A stretch of DNA of 64,000 nt. Source: Eledone cirrhosa. Its lineage: Eukaryota. Below are positions 14,667 through 28,900 of this stretch, one piece after another. Where the stretch lies: NCBI GenBank assembly GCA_964016885.1, contig OZ024740.1, positions 401,264,001-401,328,000 on the forward strand, given 5' to 3'. Under the pieces are notes generated by a model. The model ran no database searches, was not told the origin of the DNA, and worked only from the letters and a program-made list of their open reading frames with translations. Within the stretch, counting starts at the first letter, position 1; each line of letters begins with the position of its first letter. A program made the translations under genes and the position numbers.

Positions 14667-17600
14667 TCAGTACATCGTAGATCACTATGTAGAATCAATA
14701 CAACATAGAGCACTATGTAGAATCAGTACAGTATAGAACACTATGTAGAATCAGTACAGTATAGAACACTATGTAGAATCAGTACAACATAGAACACCGT
14801 GTAGAATCAGTACAATATAGAACACTGTGTATAATCAGTACAGTATAGAACATTATGTAGAATCAGTACAACATAGAACACTATGTAGAATGAGAACACT
14901 ATAGAACAATATGTAGAATCAGTACAGTATAGAACACTATGTAGGATCAGAACACTATAGAACACTATGTAAAATCAGTACATCATAGAACACTATGTAG
15001 AATCAGTACAGTATAGAACACTATGTAGAATCAGTACAGTATAGAACACTATGTAGAATCAGTACAGTATAGAACACTATGTAGAATCAGAACACTATAG
15101 AACACTATGTAGAATCAGTACAGTATAGAACACTATGTAGTATCAGAACACTATAGAACACTATGTAAAATCGGTACAACATAGAACACTATGTAGAATC
15201 AGTACAGTATAGAGCACTATGTAGAATCAGTACAACATAGAACACTATGTAGAATCAGCACAACATAGAACACTATGTAGAATAAGTACAGTATAGAGCA
15301 CTATGTAGAATCAGTACAACATAGAACACTACGTAGAATCAATACAACATAGAACACTATGTAGAATCAGCACAACATAGAACACTATGTAGAATCAATA
15401 CAACATAGAGCACTATGTAGAATCAGTACAACATAGAACACTATGTAGAATCAGCAAAACATAGGAAACTATGTAGAATCAATACAACATAGAACACTAT
15501 GTAGAATCAGTACAACATAGAACACTATGTAGAATCAGCACACCATAGAACACTATGTAGAATCAATACAACATAGAACACTATGTAGAATCAGTACAAC
15601 ATAGAACACAATGTAGAATCAGTACAGTATAGAGCACTATGTAGAATCAGTACAACATAGAACACTACGTAGAATCAATACAACATAGAACACTATGTAG
15701 AATCAGCACAACATAGAACACTATGTAGAATCAATACAACATAGAGCACTATGTAGAATCAGTACAACATAGAACACTATGTAGAATCAGCAAAACATAG
15801 AAAACTATGTAGAATCAATACAACATAGAACACTATGTAGAATCAGTACAACATAGAACACTATGTACAATCATTACAGTATAGAACACTATGTAGAATC
15901 AGTACAACATAGAACACTATGTAGAATCAGGACAGTATAGACTATTATGCAGAATCAGTGCAGTATAGAACACTATGTAGAATCAGTACAACATAGAACA
16001 CTATGTTGAATCAGTACAGTATAGAACATCATGTAGAATCAGTACAGTATAGAACACTATGTAGAATCAGTACAACATTGAACACTATCTAGAAATTGTG
16101 CATCATAGAACACTATGTAGAATCAGTACAGTAGAGAAAACTATTTAGAATCAGTACACTATAGAACACTATGTAAAATCAGTACAACATAGAACACTAT
16201 GTAGAATCAGTACAGTATAGAACACTATGTAGAATCAGTACAGTATAGAACACTATGTAGAATCAGTACAGTATAGAACACTATTTAGAATCAGTACAGT
16301 ATAGAACACTATGTAGAATCAGTACAGTTTAGAACATTATATAGAATCAGTACAATATAGAACACTATATAGAATCAGTAAGTATAGAACACTATGTAGA
16401 ATCAGTACAGTATAGAACACTATGTAGAATCAGTACAGTATAGAACACTATGTAGAATCAGTACAACATAGACCACTATGTAGAATCAGTACAGTATAGA
16501 CCACTATGTAGAATCAGTATAGTATAGGACACTATGTAGAATCAGTACAGTATAGAACACTATGTAGAATCAGTACAGTATAGTACACTATGTAGAATCA
16601 GTACAACATAGAACACTATGTATAATCAGTACAGTATAGACCACTATGTAGAATCACTAAAACATTGAACACTATGTAGAATCAACACAACATAGAACAC
16701 TATGTAGAATCAGTACACTATAGAACACTATGTAGAATCAGTACAACATAGAACACTATGTAGAATCAGTACAACATAGAACACTATGTAGAATCAGTAC
16801 AGTATAGAACACTATGTAGAATCAGTACAGTATAGAACACTATGTAGAATCAGTACAGTATAGAACACTATGTAGAATCAGTACAACATAGAACACTATG
16901 TATAATCAGTACAGTATAGACCACTATGTAGAATCACTAAAACATTGAACACTATGTAGAATCAACACAACATAGAACACTATGTAGAATCAGTACAGTA
17001 TAGACCACTATGTAGAATCAGTACAGTATAGGACACTATGTAGTATCAGTACAGTATAGAACACTATATTGCATCAGTACAACATAGAACACCATGCAGA
17101 ATCAACTAAAAATAGAACATTACGTAGACTCTGTACAACATAGAACACTATGTAGAATCAATACAATATAGAACACTGTGTATAATCAGTACAGTATAGA
17201 ACACTATGTAGAATCAGTACAACATAGAACACTATGCATAATCAGTACAGTATAGACCACTATGTAGAATCACTAAAACATTGAACACTATGTAGAATCA
17301 ACACAACATAGAACACTATGTAGAATCAGTACACTAAAGAACACTATGTAGAATCAGTACAACATAAAACACTATGTAGACTCAGTACAACATAGAACAC
17401 CATGTAGAATCAGTACAGTATAGAACACTATGTAGAATCAGTACAGTATTGAACACTATGTAGAATCAGTACAACATAGAACACTATGTAGAATCAGCAC
17501 AGCATAGAACACTATGTAGAATCAATACAACATAGAACACTATGTAGAATTAGTACAGTATAGAACACTATGTAGGTTCAATACATTATAGAACACTATG

Positions 17601-19589
17601 TAGAATCAGTACAGTATAGAACACTATGTAGAATCAGAACAATATAGAACACTATGTAGAATCAGTACAACATAGAACACTATGTAGAATCAGAACACTA
17701 TAGAACACTATGTAGAATCAGTACAGTATAGAACACTATGTAGGATCAGAACACTATAGAACACTATGTAAAATCAGTACAACATAGAACACTATGTAGA
17801 ATCAGTACAACATAGAACACCATGTAGAATCAATTCAACATAGAACATTACGTAGAATCAGTACAACATAGAACACTATGTAGAATTAGTACAGTATAGA
17901 ACACTATGTAGAATCAGAACAGTATAGAACACTATGTAGCACCAGTACAACATAGAACACTAGAACACTATGTAGAACCAGTACAGTATAGAACACTACG
18001 TATAATCAGTACAGTATAGAACACTATGTAGAGTCAGTAAGAATAGAACACTATGTAGAAGCAGTACAACATAGAACACCATGTAGAATCAACTAAAAAT
18101 AGAACATTACGTAGAATCAGTACAACATAGAACACTATGTAGAATCGGTACAGTATAGAGCACTATGTAGAATCAGTACAACACAGAACACTATGTAGAA
18201 TCAGCACAACATAGAACACTATGTAGAATGAGAACACTATAGAACAATATGTAGAATCAGTACAGTATAGAACACTATGTAGGATCAGAACACTATAGAA
18301 CACTATGTAAAATCAGTACATCATAGAACACTATGTAGAATCAGTACAGTATAGAACACTATGTAGAATCAGTACAGTATAGAACACTATGTAGAATAAG
18401 TACAGTATAGAACACTATGTAGAATCAGAACACTATAGAACACTATGTAGAATCAGTACAGTATAGAACACTATGTAGTATCAGAACACTATAGAACACT
18501 ATGTAAAATCAGTTCAACATAGAACACTATGTAGAATCAGTACAGTATAGAGCACAATGTAGAATCAGTACAACATAGAACACTATGTAGAATCAGCACA
18601 ACATAGAACACTATGTAGAATCAATACAACATAGAACACTATGTAGAATCAGTACAACATAGAACACTATGTAGAATCAGCACACCATAGAACACTATGT
18701 AGAATCAATACAACATAGAACACTATGTAGAATCAGTACAACATAGAACACAATGTAGAATCAGTACAGTATAGAGCACTATGTAGAATCAGTACAACAT
18801 AGAACACTACGTAGAATCAATACAACATAGAACACTATGTAGAATCAACACAACATAGAACACTATGTAGAATCAATACAACATAGAGCACTATGTAGAA
18901 TCAGTACAACATAGAACACTATGTAGAATCAGCAAAACATAGAAAACTATGTAGAATCAATACAACATAGAACACTATGTAGAATCAGTACAACATAGAA
19001 CACTATGTACAATCATTACAGTATAGAACACTATGTAGAATCAGTACAACATAGAACACTATGTAGAATCAGTAAGTATAGAACACTATGTAGCATCAGT
19101 ACAGTATAGAACACTATGCAGAATCAGTACAACATAGAACACTATGTAGAATCAGTACAGTATAGAACACTATGTAGAATCAGTACAACATAGAACACCA
19201 TGTAGAATCAATTCAACATAGAACATTACGTAGAATCAGTAAAACATAGAACACTATGTAGAATCAGTACAACATAGAACACTATGTAGAATCAGTACAT
19301 CATAGAACACTATGTAGAATCAGTACAATATAGAACGCTATGTAGAATCAGTAAGTATAGAACACTATGTAGAATCAGTACAGTATAGAACACTATTTAG
19401 AATCAGTACAGTATAGAACACTATGTAGAATCAGTACAGTATAGAACACTATGTAGAATCAGTACAGTATAGAACACTATGTAGAATCAGTACAGTATAG
19501 AACACTATGTAGAATCAGTACAACATAGAACACTATGTAGAATCAGTACAACATAGAACACTATGTAGAATCAGTACAGTATAGAACAC

Positions 19590-22500
19590 TATGTAGAATC
19601 AGTACAACATAAAACACGATGTAGAATCAGTCCAACATAGAACACTATGTAGAATCAGTACAACATAGAACACTATGTAGAATCAGCAAAACAAAGAAAA
19701 CTATGTAGAATCAATACAACATAGAACACTATGTAGAATCAGTACAACATAGAACACTATGTAGAATCAGCACACCATAGAACACTATGTAGAATCAATA
19801 CAACATAGAACACTATGTAGAATCAGTACAACATAGAACACAATGTAGAATCAGTACAGTATAGAACACTATGTAGAATCAGTACAACATAAAACACGAT
19901 GTAGAATCAGTCCAACATAGAACACTATGTAGAATCAGTACAACATAGAACACTATGTAGAATCAGCAAAACAAAGAAAACTATGTAGAATCAATACAAC
20001 ATAGAACACTATGTAGAATCAGTACAACATAGAACACTATGTAGAATCAGCACACCATAGAACACTATGTAGAATCAATACAACATAGAACACTATGTAG
20101 AATCAGTACAACATAGAACACAATGTAGAATCAGTACAGTATAGAACACTATGTAGAATCAGTAAGTATAGAGCACTATGTAGAATCAGTACAGTATAGA
20201 ACACTATGTACAATCAGTACAATATAGAACACTATGTAGAATCAGAAAGTATAGAACACTATGTAGAATCAGTACAGTATAGAACACTATGTAGAATCAG
20301 TACACTATAGAACACTATGTAGAATTAGTAAGTATAGAACACTATGTAGAATCAGTACAGTATAGAACACTATGTAGAATCAGTACAATATAGAACACTA
20401 TGTAGAATCAGTAAGTATAGAACACTATGTAGAATCATAACAGTATAGAACACTATGCAGAATCAGTACAATATAGAACACTATGTAGAATCAGTACAGT
20501 ATAGAACACTATGTAGAATCAGTACACTATAGAACACTATGTAAAATCAGTACAACATAGAACACTATGTAGAATCAGTACAACATAGAACACTATGTAG
20601 AATCAGTACAACATAGAACACCATGTAGAATCAATTCAACATAGAACATTACGTAGAATCAGTACAACATAGAACACTATGTAGAATCAGTACAGTATAG
20701 AACACTATGTAGCACCAGTACAACATAGAACACTAGAACACTATGTAGAACCAGTACAGTATAGAACACTACGTATAATCAGTACAGTATAGAACACTAT
20801 GTAGAGTCAGTAAGTATAGAACACTATGTAGAAGCAGTACAACATAGAACACCATGTAGAATCAACTTAAAATAGAACATTACGTAGAATCAGTACAACA
20901 TAGAACACTATGTAGAATCGGTACAGTATAGAGCACTATGTAGAATCAGTACAACATAGAACACTATGTAGAATCAGCACAACATAGAACATTATGTAGA
21001 ATATGTACCACATAGATCACTATGTAGAATCAATTCAACATAGAACATTACGTAGAATCAGTACAACATAGAACACTATGTAGAATCAGTACAGTATAGA
21101 ACACTATGTAGAATCAGTAAGTATAGAGCACTATGTAGAATCAGTACAGTATAGAACACTATGTAGAATCAGTACAATATGGAACACTATGTAGAATCAG
21201 TAAGTATAGAACACTATGTAGAATCAGTACAGTATAGAACACTATGTAGAATCAGTACAACATAAAACACGATGTAGAATCAGTCCAACATAGAACACTA
21301 TGTAGAATCAGTACAACATAGAACACTATGTAGAATCAGCAAAACAAAGAAAACTATGTAGAATCAATACAACATAGAACACTATGTAGAATCAGTACAA
21401 CATAGAACACTATGTAGAATCAGCACACCATAGAACACTATGTAGAATCAATACAACATAGAACACTATGTAGAATCAGTACAACATAGAACACAATGTA
21501 GAATCAGTACAGTATAGAACACTATGTAGAATCAGTACAACATAAAACACGATGTAGAATCAGTCCAACATAGAACACTATGTAGAATCAGTACAACATA
21601 GAACACTATGTAGAATCAGCAAAACAAAGAAAACTATGTAGAATCAATACAACATAGAACACTATGTAGAATCAGTACAACATAGAACACTATGTAGAAT
21701 CAGCACACCATAGAACACTATGTAGAATCAATACAACATAGAACACTATGTAGAATCAGTACAACATAGAACACAATGTAGAATCAGTACAGTATAGAAC
21801 ACTATGTAGAATCAGTAAGTATAGAGCACTATGTAGAATCAGTACAGTATAGAACACTATGTACAATCAGTACAATATAGAACACTATGTAGAATCAGAA
21901 AGTATAGAACACTATGTAGAATCAGTACAGTATAGAACACTATGTAGAATCAGTACACTATAGAACACTATGTAGAATTAGTAAGTATAGAACACTATGT
22001 AGAATCAGTACAGTATAGAACACTATGTAGAATCAGTACAATATAGAACACTATGTAGAATCAGTAAGTATAGAACACTATGTAGAATCAGTACAGTATA
22101 GAACACTATGCAGAATCAGTACAATATAGAACACTATGTAGAATCAGTACAGTATAGAACACTATGTAGAATCAGTACACTATAGAACACTATGTAAAAT
22201 CAGTACAACATAGAACACTATGTAGAATCAGTACAACATAGAACACTATGTAGAATCAGTACAACATAGAACACCATGTAGAATCAATTCAACATAGAAC
22301 ATTACGTAGAATCAGTACAACATAGAACACTATGTAGAATCAGTACAGTATAGAACACTATGTAGCACCAGTACAACATAGAACACTAGAACACTATGTA
22401 GAACCAGTACAGTATAGAACACTACGTATAATCAGTACAGTATAGAACACTATGTAGAGTCAGTAAGTATAGAACACTATGTAGAAGCAGTACAACATAG

Positions 22501-22900
22501 AACACCATGTAGAATCAACTAAAAATAGAACATTACGTAGAATCAGTACAACATAGAACACTATGTAGAATCGGTACAGTATAGAGCACTATGTAGAATC
22601 AGTACAACATAGAACACTATGTAGAATCAGCACAACATAGAACATTATGTAGAATATGTACCACATAGATCACTATGTAGAATCAATTCAACATAGAACA
22701 TTACGTAGAATCAGTACAACATAGAACACTATGTAGAATCAGTACAGTATAGAACACTATGTAGAATCAGTAAGTATAGAGCACTATGTAGAATCAGTAC
22801 AGTATAGAACACTATGTAGAATCAGTACAACATGGAACACTATGTAGAATCAGTAAGTATAGAACACTATGTAGAATCAGTACAGTATAGAACACTATGT
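19590..22900. repeat. Tandem duplication, period 1653 bp, each copy containing a nested 280-bp (10-monomer) tandem duplication
   Basis: AAAACACGAT at 19611, 19891, 21264, 21544 (280 and 1653 spacings). TAGAACACTAGAACAC at 20726/22379 (+1653). Confidence 0.88.
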
Positions 22901-25900
22901 AGAATCAGTACAACATAGAACACTATGTAGAATCAGTACAGTATAGCACACTATGTAGGATCAGAACACTATAGAACACTATGTAAAATCAGTACATCAT
23001 AGAACACTATGTAGAATCCGTACAGTATTGAACACTATGTAGAATCAGTACAGTATAGAACACTATGTAGAATCAGTACAGTATAGAACACTATGTAGAA
23101 TCAGTACAGTATAGAACATTATGTAGAATCAGTACAACATAGAACACTATGTAGAATATGTACCACATAGATCACTATGTAGAATCAATTCAACATAGAA
23201 CATTACGTAGAATCAGTACAACATAGAACACTATGTAGAATCAGTACAGTATAGAACACTATGTAGAATCAGTAAGTATAGAGCACTATGTAGAATCAGT
23301 ACAGTATAGAACACTATGTAGAATCAGTACAATATGGAACACTATGTAGAATCAGTAAGTATAGAACTCTATGTAGAATCAGTACAGTATAGAACACTAT
23401 GCAGAATCAGTACAATATAGAACACTATGTAGAATCAGTAAGTATAGAACACTATGTAGAATCAGTACAACATAGAACACCATCTAGAATCAATTCAACA
23501 TAGAACATTACGTAGAATCAGTACAACATAGAACACTATGTAGAATCAGTACAACATAGAACACTATGTAGAATCAGTACATCATAGAACACTATGTAGA
23601 ATCAGTACAGTATAGAACACTATGTAGAATCAGTACAATATAGAACACTATGTAGAATCAGTAAGTATAGAACACTATGTAGAATCAGTACAGTATAGAA
23701 CACTATGTAGAATCAGTACAGTATAGAACACTATGTAGAATCAGTACAGTATAGAACACTATGTAGAATCAGTACAGTATAGAACACTATGTAGAATCAG
23801 TACAGTATAGAACACTATGTAGAATCAGTACAGTATAGAACACTATGTAGAATCAGTACAACATAAAACACGATGTAGAATCAGTCCAACATAGAACACT
23901 ATGTAGAATCAGTACAACATAGAACACTATGTAGAATCAGTACAACATAGAACACCATGTAGAATCAATTCAACATAGAAAATTACGTAGAATCAGTACA
24001 ACATAGAACACTATGTAGAATCAGTACAGTATAGAACACTATGTAGAATCAGAACAGTATAGAACACTATGTAGCACCAGTACAACATAGAACACTAGAA
24101 CACTATGTAGAACCAGTACAGTATAGAACACTACGTATAATCAGTACAGTATAGAACACTATGTAGAGTCAGTAAGAATAGAACACTATGTAGAAGCAGT
24201 ACAACATAGAACACCATGTAGAATCAACTAAAAATAGAACATTACGTAGAATCAGTACAACATAGAACACTATGTAGAATCGGTACAGTATAGAGCACTA
24301 TGTAGAATCAGTACAACACAGAACACTATGTAGAATCAGCACAACATAGAACACTATGTAGAATGAGAACACTATAGAACAATATGTAGAATCAGTACAG
24401 TATAGAACACTCTGTAGGATCAGAACACTATAGAACACTATGTAAAATCAGTACATCATAGAACACTATGTAGAATCAGTACAGTATAGAACACTATGTA
24501 GAATCAGTACAGTATAGAACACTATGTAGAATAAGTACAGTATAGAACACTATGTAGAATCAGAACACTATAGAACACTATGTAGAATCAGTACAGTATA
24601 GAACACTATGTAGTATCAGAACACTATAGAACACTATGTAAAATCAGTTCAACATAGAACACTATGTAGAATCAGTACAGTATAGAGCACAATGTAGAAT
24701 CAGTACAACATAGAACACTATGTAGAATCAGCACAACATAGAACACTATGTAGAATCAATACAACATAGAACACTATGTAGAATCAGTACAACATAGAAC
24801 ACTATGTAGAATCAGCACATCATAGAACACTATGTAGAATCAATACAACATAGAACACTATGTAGAATCAGTACAACATAGAACACAATGTAGAATCAGT
24901 ACAGTATAGAGCACTATGTAGAATCAGTACAACATAGAACACTACGTAGAATCAATATAACATAGAACACTATGTAGAATCAACACAACATAGAACACTA
25001 TGTAGAATCAATACAACATAGAGCACTATGTAGAATCAGTACAACATAGAACACTATGTAGAATCAGCAAAACATAGAAAACTATGTAGAATCAATACAA
25101 CATAGAACACTATGTAGAATCAGTACAACATAGAACACTATGTACAATCATTACAGTATAGAACACTATGTAGAATCAGTACAACATAGAACACTATGTA
25201 GAATCAGTAAGTATAGAACACTATGTAGCATCAGTACAGTATAGAACACTATGCAGAATCAGTACAACATAGAACACTATGTAGAATCAGTACAGTATAG
25301 AACACTATGTAGAATCAGTACTACATAGAACACCATGTAGAATCAATTCAACATAGAACATTACGTAGAATCAGTAAAACATAGAACACTATGTAGAATC
25401 AGTACAACATAGAACACTATGTAGAATCAGTACATCATAGAACACTATGTAGAATCAGTACAGTATAGAACACTATGTAGAATCAGTACAATATAGAACG
25501 CTATGTAGAATCAGTAAGTATAGAACACTATGTAGAATCAGTACAGTATAGAACACTATTTAGAATCAGTACAGTATAGAACACTATGTAGAATCAGTAC
25601 AGTATAGAACACTATGTAGAATCAGTACAGTATAGAACACTATGTAGAATCAGTACAACATAGAACACTATGTAGAATCAGTACAACATAGAACACTATG
25701 TAGAATCAGTACAGTATAGAACACTATGTAGAATCAGTACAACATAAAACACGATGTAGAATCAGTCCAACATAGAACACTATGTAGAATCAGTACAACA
25801 TAGAACACTATGTAGAATCAGTACAACATAGAACACCATGTAGAATCAATTCAACATAGAACATTACGTAGAATCAGTACAACATAGAACACTATGTAGA

Positions 25901-28900
25901 ATCAGTACAGTATAGAACACTATGTAGAATCAGAACAGTATAGAACACTATGTAGCACCAGTACAACATAGAACACTAGAACACTATGTAGAACCAGTAC
26001 AGTATAGAACACTAAGTATAATCAGTACAGTATAGAACACTATGTAGAGTCAGTAAGAATAGAACACTATGTAGAAGCAGTACAACATAGAACACCATGT
26101 AGAATCAACTAAAAATAGAACATTACGTAGAATCAGTACAACATAGAACACTATGTAGAATCGGTACAGTATAGAGCACTATGTAGAATCAGCACAACAT
26201 AGAACACTATGTAGAATGAGAACACTATAGAACAATATGTAGAATCAGTACAGTATAGAACACTATGTAGGATCAGAACACTATAGAACACTAAGTAAAA
26301 TCAGTACATCATAGAACACTATGTAGAATCAGTACAGTATAGAACACTATGTAGAATCAGTACAGTATAGAACACTATGTAGAATCAGAACACTATAGAA
26401 CACTATGTAGAATCAGTACAGTAGAGAACACTATGTAGTATCAGAACACTATAGAACACTATGTAAAATCAGTACAACATAGAACACTATGTAGAATCAG
26501 TACAGTATACAGCACTATGTAGAATCAGTACAACATAGAACACTATGTAGAATAAGTACAGTATAGAGCACTATGTAGAATCAGTACAACATAGAACACT
26601 ACGTAGAATCAATACAACATAGAACACTATGTAGAATCAGCACAACATAGAACACTATGTAGAATCAATACAACATAGAGCACTATGTAGAATCAGTACA
26701 ACATAGAACACTATGTAGAATCAGCAAAACAAAGAAAACTATGTAGAATCAATACAACATAGAACACTATGTAGAATCAGTACAACATAGAACACTATGT
26801 AGAATCAGCACACCATAGAACACTATGTAGAATCAATACAACATAGAACACTATGTAGAATCAGTACAACATAGAACACAATGTAGAATCAGTACAGTAT
26901 AGAGCACTATGTAGAATCAGTACAACATAGAACACTACGTAGAATCAATACAACATAGAACACTATGTAGAATCAGCACAACATAGAACACTATGTAGAA
27001 TCAATACAACATAGAGCACTATGTAGAATCAATTCAACATAGAACATTACGTAGAATCAGTAAAACATAGAACACTATGTAGAATCAGTACAACATAGAA
27101 CACTATGTAGAATCAGTACATCATAGAAAACTATGTAGAATCAGTACAGTATAGAACACTATGTAGAATCAGTACAATATAGAACGCTATGTAGAATCAG
27201 TAAGTATAGAACACTATGTAGAATCAGTACAGTATAGAACACTATTTAGAATCAGTACAGTATAGAACACTATGTAGAATCAGTACAGTATAGAACACTA
27301 TGTAGAATCAGTACAGTATAGAACACTATGTAGAATCAGTACAACATAGAACACTATGTAGAATCAGTACAACATAGAACACTATGTAGAATCAGTACAG
27401 TATAGAACACTATGTAGAATCAGTACAACATAAAACACGATGTAGAATCAGTCCAACATAGAACACTATGTAGAATCAGTACAACATAGAACACTATGTA
27501 GAATCAGTACAACATAGAACACCATGTAGAATCAATTCAACATAGAACATTACGTAGATTCAGTACAACATAGAACACTATGTAGAATCAGTACAGTATA
27601 GAACACTATGTAGAATCAGAACAGTATAGAACACTATGTAGCACCAGTACAACATAGAACACTAGAACACTATGTAGAACCAGTACAGTATAGAACACTA
27701 AGTATAATCAGTACAGTATAGAACACTATGTAGAGTCAGTAAGAATAGAACACTATGTAGAAGCAGTACAACATAGAACACCATGTAGAATCAACTAAAA
27801 ATAGAACATTACGTAGAATCAGTACAACATAGAACACTATGTAGAATCGGTACAGTATAGAGCACTATGTAGAATCAGTACAACACAGAACACTATGTAG
27901 AATCAGCACAACATAGAACACTATGTAGAATGAGAACACTATAGAACAATATGTAGAATCAGTACAGTATAGAACACTATGTAGAATCAGAACACTATAG
28001 AACACTATGTAGAATCAGTACAGTAGAGAACACTATGTAGTATCAGAACACTATAGAACACTATGTAAAATCAGTACAACATAGAACACTATGTAGAATC
28101 AGTACAGTATACAGCACTATGTAGAATCAGTACAACATAGAACACTATGTAGAATCAGCACAACATAGAACACTATGTAGAATCAATACCACATAGAACA
28201 CTATGTAGAATCAGTACAACATAGAACACTATGTAGAATAAGTACAGTATAGAGCACTATGTAGAATCAGTACAACATAGAACACTACGTAGAATCAATA
28301 CAACATAGAACACTATGTAGAATCAGCACAACATAGAACACTATGTAGAATCAATACAACATAGAGCACTATGTAGAATCAGTACAACATAGAACACTAT
28401 GTAGAATCAGCAAAACATAGAAAACTATGTAGAATCAATACAACATAGAACACTATGTAGAATCAGTACAACATAGAACACTATGTAGAATCAGCACACC
28501 ATAGAACACTATGTAGAATCAATACAACATAGAACACTATGTAGAATCAGTACAACATAGAACACAATGTAGAATCAGTACAGTATAGAGCACTATGTAG
28601 AATCAGTACAACATAGAACACTACGTAGAATCAATACAACATAGAACACTATGTAGAATCAGCACAACATAGAACACTATGTAGAATCAATACAACATAG
28701 AGCACTATGTAGAATCAGTACAACATAGAACACTATGTAGAATCAGCAAAACATAGAAAACTATGTAGAATCAATACAACATAGAACACTATGTAGAATC
28801 AGTACAACATAGAACACTATGTACAATCATTACAGTATAGAACACTATGTAGAATCAGTACAACATAGAACACTATGTAGAATCAGGACAGTATAGACTA

